A stretch of DNA of 64,000 nucleotides from Spirochaetota bacterium (GTDB taxonomy: Bacteria > Spirochaetota > UBA12135 > COTS27 > CAXSBA01), in the NCBI GenBank assembly GCA_965224715.1, contig OZ245054.1, forward strand, positions 160,354-224,353. Direction: 5' to 3'. The position numbers and the translations under genes are program-made. Positions within the stretch are counted from its first letter, which is position 1. Each line of letters opens with the position of its first letter. This document shows positions 40,769 through 50,337 of this stretch, one piece after another. The notes under the pieces were generated by a model, which worked only from the letters and a program-made list of their open reading frames with translations, had not been told where the DNA came from and ran no database searches.

Positions 40769-42127
40769 TCACTTATCTTCAATTGAGGCTTCGGTTGATT
40801 CCAGGTTTAAATCAATGATGACATTGGCAATCTGTCTCACCAATACATCATTATTATTTGAGATCAAAGGAGTTTCATTTTCTGATGCAAAGAAATAACG
40901 AGTTTTTTTTATTAAATGAATATCTTCTTTTCTATTTGCTATAACAAAATCATAATCTTTTTTCATCTTTTTAGCGATAGAAGTCAGTTCTTCGATACTC
41001 TTATTTACGGTATATTTAAATACTATCATGGTTAATTGGGGATATTTTTTTCGGATATCAGTGATTATCTTGGACTGGAGAGTTAGTTTTATTTCCAAGG
41101 CCTGATCGCTCGAAATTTTTTCCTCTTTGAATGATACCGGCTTAAAATCAGAGACAGCTGCGGTAAAAATTCCCCAAGCGATAGGATAGGTCTCTAAAAT
41201 CCGGTCAACTTCATTTTTATACGAAGTATAATCTTCAAAGAAAGACACCCAATTTAGGTAGTTGGGAATGTTTTTCCGCCTAGATTCACTTACAAGAAGA
41301 TACACTTTGAATCCAAGAGCATGGAGATGATTAGCTAAAGCGATTCCAGTGTCTCCAGTCCCTCGATTAGTAAGAAGGCGAACCCCATCAATCGGTTCTG
41401 AAGTGGCTCCGGCTGTGATCAATATTCCCTGAGCTAAGGGGTCAACTTTTTTCCTATGTCCAAATAAATTGCTTTTTTTCTGATAACGGTAATAATTATG
41501 ATAAAAGGTATGAGCTACCTGAATGGCAATTGATTCTGGGGAAGGCATTTTGAGTTTATCTTTCTCATCCGGATCCTTGCGAGATTCGATAAAAGTAAAT
41601 CCATTATCTGCCAAAGTCTGATAATGAATTTTGAACTGAGGATGGGCATTAAGATAAGCATGCATGGCAGGAATCATGAGTAAAACCGGGGGAATTCGTC
41701 CAGGATAATTTTTCAAAATAAACTGACTTTTACCCAAAGCTCCAACGATCAACGTAGAAACGGTATCGTCTGCAATTCCAGTTGCAGCTTTGGCTATTAT
41801 ATTGGCAGTAGCAGGTGCTACTAACAGAATATCTTCGTTAAAAACCTGTTCAGCGGCAGCGGTGAAAATATTTTTTACCTTTTTCCCCGAAGCCCATTCT
41901 AATGAGAGAGGGGTGATGAATTGCAGAGCCTGAGAGGTCGTATAGACCTGAACTTCAGATCCGAAACGTCGAAGTTCACGAATAATTCTCGGTACCTCTA
42001 CAGCTCCAATCCCCCCAGTTACCGCTATAGCAACTGTTGTGCCTTTTAAAAAATGGTTTTTTACTGTCACTCCCCGGTCATCCAAGTGCAAAGTATAATC
42101 TCGGAAATCCGAGGGGAAATGGCTCAT
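40769..42127 (-). CDS. coaBC: Bifunctional phosphopantothenoylcysteine decarboxylase / synthetase
   Basis: VTGGIGA, APATANIIAK..GIAD, ITAGATSEPIDGVRLLTNRGTG, AAVSDF. Confidence 0.9.
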   Translation of the reverse strand: MSHFPSDFRDYTLHLDDRGVTVKNHFLKGTTVAIAVTGGIGAVEVPRIIRELRRFGSEVQVYTTSQALQFITPLSLEWASGKKVKNIFTAAAEQVFNEDILLVAPATANIIAKAATGIADDTVSTLIVGALGKSQFILKNYPGRIPPVLLMIPAMHAYLNAHPQFKIHYQTLADNGFTFIESRKDPDEKDKLKMPSPESIAIQVAHTFYHNYYRYQKKSNLFGHRKKVDPLAQGILITAGATSEPIDGVRLLTNRGTGDTGIALANHLHALGFKVYLLVSESRRKNIPNYLNWVSFFEDYTSYKNEVDRILETYPIAWGIFTAAVSDFKPVSFKEEKISSDQALEIKLTLQSKIITDIRKKYPQLTMIVFKYTVNKSIEELTSIAKKMKKDYDFVIANRKEDIHLIKKTRYFFASENETPLISNNNDVLVRQIANVIIDLNLESTEASIEDK

Positions 42128-42158
42128 TGGTAACTTTACCTTTACTGGTCCTTTAAGT

Positions 42159-43253
42159 TTAGCGATTAACTAATTCTTTTCTCGACTGAAGCTCTAGGTT
42201 AAGTCGAGGACGAATTCGACTTTTATATACTGAAGAACTATCGATTTTTCGACCCCGACGTATTTTTCTTTGCTTTTCAACGGGAAGGTAAATAATTTTT
42301 TGACATTCCTTACTACAGCAACCCTTGAATTTTTCTTGACAATCCTTACATTGAATAAAAAGAAGATGACAAGCATCATTTTGGCAATTGGTATGACCAT
42401 CACAAGGTTCACCACACTGATGACAGTTGGCTATGACATCATCGGTAATTCGTTCTCCCATTCTGCCATCGAAAACAAAATTTTTTCCTATAAAATAACT
42501 ATTCAGTTTATGCTTTTTAACATACTTAGCATAAGCAATGATTCCTCCCTTGAGTTGATAAATCTGAGAATAACCTTTTTGCTTCAAATAGGCTCCCGCT
42601 TTCTCACAACGAATACCACCAGTACAATAAAGGAGAAGCTTGCTCTCCCGATACTTCTTTAAATCATTGGCCAACATCGGAAGCTGCTGTCGAAAAGTGT
42701 CCGCATCAACAGTAAAAGCATTTCGAAAATGACCGATTTCACTTTCATAATGATTACGAACATCAACGGGAAGACCTCCTTCTTCAAGAACACGATGGAA
42801 CTTTTCCGGAGTGAGAGAAGTACCCTTTTGGTCGGGAGTAAAATTTAATTCTCTAGGAAGCCCATCGGCAACAATTCTACTCCGAATACGAACAATTAAT
42901 TTATAGAAGGAAAATCTTTCTGAATTCTCTTCTACCGACTCATTAAGAGGGACATCTCTGAGAAAAGAATAGCCGGAAATAAGGCTTTGGAAATCCGACA
43001 TTCGATCGTTTAAAACTGAGATTTGGGCATTAATCCCCTCTTTAGCTAGATAAATCCGTCCCAATACTTCCAAGGTTTCTAACTCTTGGTAAAGTTTATC
43101 TCGAATCTGGTGCAGATAGGTTTCAGGAGTAATAGGATAATAGTTATAAAACGATAAGGTAGTCCGAGAACGTTTATCCTTTTGTAAGATTTTCTTCAAA
43201 ACTTTTTTGTCGATTAAGTTATGTAATCTGGGGAATTTAAACTTCTTAGCCAT
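42159..43253 (-). CDS. trhO: Oxygen-dependent tRNA U34 hydroxylase (YceA rhodanese family)
   Basis: GRIYLAKEGINAQ, DVRNHYESEIGHF, YCTGGIRCEK, GKNFVFD, Cys-rich C-terminus. Confidence 0.93.
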   Translation of the reverse strand: MAKKFKFPRLHNLIDKKVLKKILQKDKRSRTTLSFYNYYPITPETYLHQIRDKLYQELETLEVLGRIYLAKEGINAQISVLNDRMSDFQSLISGYSFLRDVPLNESVEENSERFSFYKLIVRIRSRIVADGLPRELNFTPDQKGTSLTPEKFHRVLEEGGLPVDVRNHYESEIGHFRNAFTVDADTFRQQLPMLANDLKKYRESKLLLYCTGGIRCEKAGAYLKQKGYSQIYQLKGGIIAYAKYVKKHKLNSYFIGKNFVFDGRMGERITDDVIANCHQCGEPCDGHTNCQNDACHLLFIQCKDCQEKFKGCCSKECQKIIYLPVEKQRKIRRGRKIDSSSVYKSRIRPRLNLELQSRKELVNR

Positions 43254-43259
43254 ATCTTA

Positions 43260-44102
43260 TTATTCAACATTTTTCATATTTTCTTTAAATGAGGTAATCA
43301 TTACCTTTACTTCCTGTTGATAATCTTGAGGAGAATAGATTTTATAGCCATCTGGAGCAAGATGAACTAAATGGGTTTGACTGATATCGATAGGAGTATT
43401 CTTATTAAGGAGAAATTTGTAAAAACTCATCTGAAGGGCATATTTATTAAGTCCACATTGTTCTAAATGATCTACTGGGGGAAGCATCATTTTAGAAACC
43501 GGATTAGTCTCAGTGATTTTTCGATTGGTTTTCCAGTCGAAAATAAAATATTCTTCAGTCTCCAAATTCTGGACTACGCAGTCCACGGTTCCAGCAATCC
43601 TATGCTCATCATCAGCTACGATAAGTTCAGAAGCGATAATTTTATATCGGTCTCGGATTTTGTCCCAAAATCGATGAAAGGAAGCCACTTCCCGTTTGAT
43701 CGGGGTTTGAAGTTCAATCATTCGATTATGGGCTAGATAAGCTTGAACGTAGAGATGGAATTCCGTTCCCTTGACAACAGAATATTCCCGTCGGATATCC
43801 CAGATTGCTTTCACTTCATCTTGAGACACTTGCTTTTCTCTGGCTATCTTATCAGAATAAAATTCTCGGTTAAAGGGGGGAATGAATTTATCCAAAACCT
43901 CGCTCACCGATATATATTCTTTTCCCTGTTCATTGAAATAACGATGCTCCTCGGGATGGAAACGAATATAGGCAAAATGATTCCTCAACTCTTGACCTAG
44001 ATCATCAATAACCAGTTGATTATTCAAGGTACGAATCAAATTCATCATTAAATTATACAATTCAATAGGATAAATTAATGAATAAAAATAATTTAAATTC
44101 AA
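43260..44102 (-). CDS. PD-(D/E)XK nuclease family protein
   Basis: SVSEVL, GTEFH, SELIV, IAGTVD, FDWKT, YALQMSFY. Start probably near MMNL. Confidence 0.85.
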   Translation of the reverse strand: MNLNYFYSLIYPIELYNLMMNLIRTLNNQLVIDDLGQELRNHFAYIRFHPEEHRYFNEQGKEYISVSEVLDKFIPPFNREFYSDKIAREKQVSQDEVKAIWDIRREYSVVKGTEFHLYVQAYLAHNRMIELQTPIKREVASFHRFWDKIRDRYKIIASELIVADDEHRIAGTVDCVVQNLETEEYFIFDWKTNRKITETNPVSKMMLPPVDHLEQCGLNKYALQMSFYKFLLNKNTPIDISQTHLVHLAPDGYKIYSPQDYQQEVKVMITSFKENMKNVE

Positions 44103-44295
44103 ACAGCTTTTTTAGATAAATGCGTTCAAACGAAAATCCTAAAAAGAAAAAAGTAAAATAACTAAGAATTTTTATAAGTAACAAATTTATCACGTTTTCT
44201 GTCTTAAAATAAGAGAAATCCAGATTTTTTTTCCTTCAAAGTCAGCAAAATAAACTTTATTGCCTAGAAAAATTCTAAATTATTTTGTATTTTAC

Positions 44296-44324
44296 TTGTA
44301 AAAATACCGACAATATAGTATAAT
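44296..44324 (+). promoter_or_regulatory. Putative sigma70 promoter of the large surface protein gene
   Basis: TTGTAA-N17-TATAAT. Confidence 0.6.
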
Positions 44325-44364
44325 TATAGTATAATTGGATTAAATTAAAATTTAAGGAAATTAA

Positions 44365-47300
44365 ATGATTTTTTTTAGAAGTAATAATATGAACATAAAA
44401 AATACGATTAATAACATAAAAACCAATCAAGTTAAATTATATAAAAACAGCATGCCTAAAGTCACTTATTTCATGATCTGTTTACTGTTGATCGGACTCT
44501 ACCTGTCGTCCTGTACGGGAAAGAAGTTAGATGACGGAGGCACCGCTCCCATCATAGATTATGATCCTTTGGGAATCTCATCTTTTTCTGTTGTGGATGA
44601 AAATGATGTTCCAATTAGCGACACCAATGCTATACCGTTTGATATTTCATTTTCATTTTTATTGACATTCGATCAATCACTAGGCAATATGGCTGATCAT
44701 GTTAGCTCTTTAGCTAACCAAATAACACTCACAGGTAATACAGGTAATGGAATACTTCCATTACCTTTTTTAAAGGTTGAACCTACTCAAACACCTAATC
44801 AGGTAAAAATAACTTCAGCAATTTATCTAGGCGGTGGCATTACCTATCAACTAACCTTAAAGAAAGGATTAACTGTCAATAACTACCAGACCACCAATGA
44901 CATAACCTACCTCATTACCACTAAAAAAAACTCTGACAGTTCCCTTATTGTTATTTATGACAGTAAAGAGTTTTTCCCTAACGGAAATGACATTCCCATA
45001 CTCTTGCCGATAGGATCTGATCCCAGCAGTGTTACGCTCACCCTAAAAGTAGGTGAGGGAGCTTCTCTCCAACAAGGTAATAATAATTTACCATTGAATG
45101 AAAATAATCAATACACCACCAATGTGGATTTCAGTGGTAATGCTACCCATAGTTTTACCGTAACAGCCCAGGATGAAAGCACTTCTGTCACCTATACCAT
45201 AAGAGTATTGCAGCGACAAATGGACAGCAAAGAGATTATCTCGTTTGCTTTCCGAGAAACAGATAATTCACTCCTGAAAGAGAATATTGCAATGGATATT
45301 GATTCTAATAATCGGGCTATAACTAAGACGGTTACCAATGTAGAAGGCATTACCGGTTTAGTTCCAACTATTGTCCATAGTGGATCGAATATCTCTCCGG
45401 CTTCGGGAGTGGCTCAAGACTTCTCCACGGCTAAAATTTATATGGTAACCGCGATTGATGGATCTACATCCGATTACACGGTAACCTTAACCGGTTACTA
45501 TGGGGTAATCTTCAATGCTAACGGGGGACTCATAAGTGGAGATCCTACTGTTACCAAATATATCCTTTATGGAGAGAAAGCTACCCAACCATCAGATCCA
45601 TCTCAGGAACACTATGGATTCAAAGGATGGTATAATGCTATTACTGGAGGAAATGTTTTCGATTTCACCACTACTGACATTACTACCCAAACCATAGTCT
45701 ATGCTCAGTGGACTAATAAGCAATATCGGGTTAGGTTTTACCGGGGGACAAAGCTTCTCGATACTGTGTCGGTTGCCAGCCTAACTGAGATCCCCGCGAT
45801 AAACTATCCTGTCCATCCTATTCCAGGGCAAACATATGAATGGCATAGTGATAACAATTTAACTCAACTCTACAATAAGAGTTTCATGGTAGACGGTAAC
45901 TTGGATCTCTATACCCCTATTTCAGATTTTCAGAAAATCATTGATGCTGGAACTATTCCCTCCGATCTTGCTAACTATGATGATATGAATGAGTTGATTT
46001 TTTCAAATTATACTCCGGGAACGACGGTGGTAGCCCGTTATGTTAAGGAAGTTGCATCTGGTACTAGTGACGGGAGTTCTTGGGATAATGCTACTAACGA
46101 TATACAGACGGTGATAGACGGGATCGTTGATGCCAGCGAAAATAGGGTCTATGTGGTATTAGTGGCATCGGGAACTTATAGCCCATCTAGCAGTTATGTT
46201 ATGAAGAACCATATAGCCTTAGTAGGTGGTTTTTTTGCTGACAGCTACGATCAATTGGGAGAAACCCGACTTGATGGCAATAATAATCAGCAGGTGTTTA
46301 ATAATAATGACCTTGACCGCACAGCTCTTCTCTATGGAGTGGTTATCACCAATGGTAATGCTAATAATGGTTCTGGAGGCGGGATGGTTAATAATAACTC
46401 TTCTCCCACCTTGATCAATATTACCTTCTCGGGTAATACGGCTAGATATGGACATGGAGGTGGGATGCGTAATGTAAATTCTTCCCCTACCCTGATCAAT
46501 GTTACCTTCTCGAATAATGAAAGTCGTTGGGGAGGTGGGATGCGTAATAATAATTCCTCCCCTACCTTGATCGATGTTACTTTTTTAAATAATAAGATTG
46601 ATTTTGGTAAGGGAGGCGGGATGTATAATGCTAATTCTTCCTCTCCCATCTTAATTAATGTTACTTTCTTAAATAATTCTAGCACTGGGAGTACTGGTAA
46701 TGGAGGCGGGATAGCTAATGAAGATGCCTCTCCTGTCTTGAACAATGTTACCTTCTCAGGTAATACGACGCATGGTAGTGGAGGCGGGATGTATAATGGT
46801 AATGCTTCTCTCACTTTGATCAATGTTACCTTCTCAGATAATACGGCTGGTAAAGGAAGTGGAGGCGGGATAGCCAATCGGAAATCTTCCCTAACCTTGA
46901 ACAATGTTACCTTCTTGAATAATGAAAGTCGTTGGGGAGGCGGAATGCATAATAGTAATTCCTTCTCTAGCTTGAATAATGTTACTTTCTCGGGTAATAG
47001 GGCTATTGCGTTGGATGAATATGGAGGTTATGGAGGTGGAATGCGCAATTATTCTTCCTCTTCCACCTTGATCAATGTTACCTTCTCAGGTAATCAGGCG
47101 GCTGACAAAGGAGGCGGGCTAGCTAATAGTAAAAATTCCTTTCCCACCTTGATCAATGTTATCTTCTCGGGTAATGAAGCTAATCAAGGAGGCGGGATAG
47201 CTAATGAAGATTCCTTTCCCACCTTGATCAATGTTACCTTCTCGGGTAATGAAGCTAATCAAGGAGGCGGGATCTATCATGATGGTGATAGTCAACCACT

Positions 47301-47817
47301 TACCCTGATAAATACGATCTTGTGGGACAATGATGGAGAAAATATCTATTTACGCAATGATAACGCCGATACAGAAACTGTAAATTTGTATTACTCCGTT
47401 ATTGAGGGAGGGGTTAATCTTTCCACCACAGCAACAGGAATTCGTTTAAGAAATGCTGATACTAGTACCTATCCTGTTGTTATTAATAGTGGGGAGGTTA
47501 TTACCGGTGATCCTGAACTAGGCTTCTTAGCTAGCTATGGAGGTAAAATCAACACCATCTCCATTGGTAGCAGCAGTCCGGCTAAAGATAAGGGGGTTTA
47601 TGTGTGGGGAGTGAAGGCAGGGAATACTAATACTTATTCGGAAGCGGATCTCTATTACAGTATAAACAATACCGACTGGTATAGTGACCCCAGTTTGATA
47701 AGTTCAGTGCCTTTGCCAAATGATGCCGATGATCTCACCGCCACCGATGCTCGCGGGTATGGTCGGGTAGGTCGCCCGGACATGGGAGCCTATGAAGCAG
47801 GGGGGATTGAACCGTAA
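44365..47817 (+). CDS. Large surface lipoprotein/adhesin: Ig-like domains, InlB B-type repeat, Pmp-like beta-helix repeats
   Basis: Lipobox LYLSS-C, VIFNANGG..GFKGWY..YAQW (B-repeat), about 12 GGG(M/I)xN...PTLINVTFSGN repeats, C-terminal DARG..R..PDMGAYE. Confidence 0.85.
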   Translation: MIFFRSNNMNIKNTINNIKTNQVKLYKNSMPKVTYFMICLLLIGLYLSSCTGKKLDDGGTAPIIDYDPLGISSFSVVDENDVPISDTNAIPFDISFSFLLTFDQSLGNMADHVSSLANQITLTGNTGNGILPLPFLKVEPTQTPNQVKITSAIYLGGGITYQLTLKKGLTVNNYQTTNDITYLITTKKNSDSSLIVIYDSKEFFPNGNDIPILLPIGSDPSSVTLTLKVGEGASLQQGNNNLPLNENNQYTTNVDFSGNATHSFTVTAQDESTSVTYTIRVLQRQMDSKEIISFAFRETDNSLLKENIAMDIDSNNRAITKTVTNVEGITGLVPTIVHSGSNISPASGVAQDFSTAKIYMVTAIDGSTSDYTVTLTGYYGVIFNANGGLISGDPTVTKYILYGEKATQPSDPSQEHYGFKGWYNAITGGNVFDFTTTDITTQTIVYAQWTNKQYRVRFYRGTKLLDTVSVASLTEIPAINYPVHPIPGQTYEWHSDNNLTQLYNKSFMVDGNLDLYTPISDFQKIIDAGTIPSDLANYDDMNELIFSNYTPGTTVVARYVKEVASGTSDGSSWDNATNDIQTVIDGIVDASENRVYVVLVASGTYSPSSSYVMKNHIALVGGFFADSYDQLGETRLDGNNNQQVFNNNDLDRTALLYGVVITNGNANNGSGGGMVNNNSSPTLINITFSGNTARYGHGGGMRNVNSSPTLINVTFSNNESRWGGGMRNNNSSPTLIDVTFLNNKIDFGKGGGMYNANSSSPILINVTFLNNSSTGSTGNGGGIANEDASPVLNNVTFSGNTTHGSGGGMYNGNASLTLINVTFSDNTAGKGSGGGIANRKSSLTLNNVTFLNNESRWGGGMHNSNSFSSLNNVTFSGNRAIALDEYGGYGGGMRNYSSSSTLINVTFSGNQAADKGGGLANSKNSFPTLINVIFSGNEANQGGGIANEDSFPTLINVTFSGNEANQGGGIYHDGDSQPLTLINTILWDNDGENIYLRNDNADTETVNLYYSVIEGGVNLSTTATGIRLRNADTSTYPVVINSGEVITGDPELGFLASYGGKINTISIGSSSPAKDKGVYVWGVKAGNTNTYSEADLYYSINNTDWYSDPSLISSVPLPNDADDLTATDARGYGRVGRPDMGAYEAGGIEP
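46375..47273 (+). repeat. Coding tandem repeats of about 75-90 bp (beta-helix units)
   Basis: Recurrent GGAGGCGGGAT...ACCTTGATCAATGTTACCTTCTC. The last two units are nearly identical at a 75-bp period. Confidence 0.85.
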
Positions 47818-47861
47818 GTTTTCCCTGTTCTTCAAGCAAAGCCGAAGAGAATAGGAAATTA

Positions 47862-47890
47862 ACTCCCAATTACGGGAGTGATATTTTCAT
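47862..47890 (+). terminator. Possible intrinsic terminator
   Basis: ACTCCC-AATTAC-GGGAGT followed by T-rich sequence, about 45 nt after the stop. Confidence 0.35.
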
Positions 47891-48100
47891 TTTATTTCCC
47901 CTGAACCCTAACTTCATTGGGGAGTTAGAAATCTTCTTCTTAGAAAATTTTTCCTGTTTATCTAGAAAAATTCTAAATTATTTTCCCATTTTGTTTCTAA
48001 TAAAATATAGTATAATCTAAGTAAAGTCCAATAAAGAAAAAAAGAACTAATTTTTTAGAAGTAAAAAGTAAATATTCCCCAAGTCCCATTAAAGATTTTC

Positions 48101-48751
48101 ATGTCAAATCAAACCATCAAAAACTCTAAAACCCAAGTACGACGTGCTCCTCAACGAGCAAACTATGATCGACAGGCGATTTACAAGTTACTGGATTCGT
48201 CCTATCTCTGTCATATCGCCTATGTCATTAAAGGCATACCCTATTTAACTCCTACCTTATTTTGGCGTGAAAGTGATTATGTTTATTGGCATGGTTCTAG
48301 TGCTAGTCGAATGTTAAAAGCCCAAAGTGAAGGTATTGATGTTTGTTTTAATATTGCCCATTTAGATGGGTTTGTACTAGCTCGTTCAGCCTTTCATCAT
48401 TCGGCAAATTATCGTTCAGTTACCATTTATGGTAAGGCGGAATGGATAAAAGACAACAATAACAAAGCCCAAGCTCTCAATCAAATGATGGAACATTTCT
48501 TTCCAGGAAGAATGACACAATTACGTAATCACCACTCCCAAGAAATCAAAGCTACCAAGATTCTTCGTTTAAAAATTGAAGAAGCTGTCATGAAAACTCG
48601 TACTGGCAATCCGATTGATGAAGAAGAAGATTATGAACAAGTCAAATGTTGGGCAGGAGTAATCCCTATTAAACAGGTGACTGAAAGCCCTTATGATGAT
48701 GGGAAAGTGAAGTTGGGTTATCAAATCCCACCTGATTATAAATTTTTTTAA
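48101..48751 (+). CDS. Pyridoxamine 5'-phosphate oxidase-like flavin-binding protein (NimA family)
   Basis: RRAPQRANYD, YWHGSSASRM, LDGFVLARSAFHHSANYRSV, WAGVIP. Confidence 0.9.
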   Translation: MSNQTIKNSKTQVRRAPQRANYDRQAIYKLLDSSYLCHIAYVIKGIPYLTPTLFWRESDYVYWHGSSASRMLKAQSEGIDVCFNIAHLDGFVLARSAFHHSANYRSVTIYGKAEWIKDNNNKAQALNQMMEHFFPGRMTQLRNHHSQEIKATKILRLKIEEAVMKTRTGNPIDEEEDYEQVKCWAGVIPIKQVTESPYDDGKVKLGYQIPPDYKFF

Positions 48752-48785
48752 ATAGGGGTTCATTATTTTGGGCAGAAATTCTTAT

Positions 48786-50321
48786 TTAATCTTTATTTAG
48801 AAGTAAAAGCTCACCTTTGATATATGCTTCTTCCACCGCCCGATAAGAGAGTTTACTTTCAGAATCACAGAAAAACTCAGGAAGCAAATAAAATACCTGA
48901 GGGACTTTATAATGTTCTATCATATTACGAAGATGTTCTATAAGAGAAATTAAAGAGAATTTTTCTCCACTCAAACATAGAGCTGCAGCCGGTACCTTTC
49001 CCCATCTATCATGAAAAATAGGAAAGACTGCAACTTTATCGACACCAGGAAACCCAGGATAGGAAAGGATAGCTCTTTCAATTCCTTCTGGATGGATATT
49101 CTCCCCTCCAGAAATAAATAAACGACCTTTCCTCCCTTTCACACTAAGATAGTCTCCCCTTTTCTCACCCATATCTCCGGTGGCAAACCATTCTCCATCC
49201 CAAGGTTCTTCAACCTCCCCCTCTTTTTTCAGATAACCCAGAAATAGGGTATCCTTGTGAATAAAGATCTCTCCATCTCTGATCTTAATTCGCCTTGGGG
49301 GAAGGATTTTTAGAAAAAAATTATCATTTTCTAATTCAACAAAACCATCAAAAGTTGCAACATAAGCTACTGACTCTGTAAGTCCATAGGTAGGACGGAG
49401 GGGGGTATGGGGATAAAGATAGGGAATAAGAGAATCTGGGATCGGCCCCCCTCCCACTAAACCGAATTTGAGTGCTCTCAATTTATCTTGATCAGGTCTA
49501 ATAACTTGAGCAGAAACCAAGGACACATGGGTGATCCGATAGTTTATTAAAATATCTTGCCAATTTTTTCGTTCGGTAAACATAATAGCAGCCCCATGGA
49601 GAAGAGCCCGAAACAAAATACCCATTCCACTGACATGATAGAAAGGGAGAAGATGTAGCCAGCAATCACCCTGTCGAAATGGGAAAAAGCAATCTCCAGA
49701 CTTGGCACTCCTAAGCCAGTTTGCCCAAGAGAATACCGCTATTTTGGATTTTCCGGAAGATCCAGAGGTGAAAAGATAAATGAAAGGCTCTTGATCATCC
49801 TTGTTCATAAAATCATTTGAAGAGGAGTAATGGTCATCACTACCATTATCACATTTAATCGAATTGGTTTCAAAACGTTCATTTATTAATTCGTTTAGAC
49901 TACAGTTGGAATAATTTATTCCTTGTAAACTACCTTGAGATCGATCATGAATAAGAAAATCGGTCTTGGACACAAAAATCTCTTCTTTCAAAATTTTTAC
50001 CGGTTTATTAGGATTCAAAGGGAGGAGTCGGATATCCATCTTCTTTACCTTACGTATTCGGTAACAGGCTAACACTGTTAAAACATAATCCATTCCCTTT
50101 CTATTTTGTTTTGACCCCAAAAGAATAGCGATAACAACCTTTCTCTGTAAGTTTAGAGTAAATTTATCAGAGAAATTTCTTTCTATAAAATTAAACAAAG
50201 CGCCAGCTATATAGGAAACCTTGTCTTCAGCTTCCTTATAGGAAATCTCTTCCCTATCGTTTTTTAAAAAGAGGTTGTTAGAGTATTTTTGGGAGTTGAA
50301 AGCTAAGAGATCAATCGCCAT
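48786..50321 (-). CDS. menE: O-succinylbenzoate-CoA ligase-like AMP-binding enzyme
   Basis: FTSGSSGKSK, LPFYHVSG, THVSLV, YGLTE, FATGDMG, FISGGENIHPE. Confidence 0.8.
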   Translation of the reverse strand: MAIDLLAFNSQKYSNNLFLKNDREEISYKEAEDKVSYIAGALFNFIERNFSDKFTLNLQRKVVIAILLGSKQNRKGMDYVLTVLACYRIRKVKKMDIRLLPLNPNKPVKILKEEIFVSKTDFLIHDRSQGSLQGINYSNCSLNELINERFETNSIKCDNGSDDHYSSSNDFMNKDDQEPFIYLFTSGSSGKSKIAVFSWANWLRSAKSGDCFFPFRQGDCWLHLLPFYHVSGMGILFRALLHGAAIMFTERKNWQDILINYRITHVSLVSAQVIRPDQDKLRALKFGLVGGGPIPDSLIPYLYPHTPLRPTYGLTESVAYVATFDGFVELENDNFFLKILPPRRIKIRDGEIFIHKDTLFLGYLKKEGEVEEPWDGEWFATGDMGEKRGDYLSVKGRKGRLFISGGENIHPEGIERAILSYPGFPGVDKVAVFPIFHDRWGKVPAAALCLSGEKFSLISLIEHLRNMIEHYKVPQVFYLLPEFFCDSESKLSYRAVEEAYIKGELLLLNKD

Positions 50322-50337
50322 CCACTTAGATTATAAC

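Noticed and set aside
46375-47273. CRISPR-like periodic repeats
   Set aside because: The repeats are degenerate, in-frame coding units of a beta-helix protein. There are no unique spacers or cas genes.
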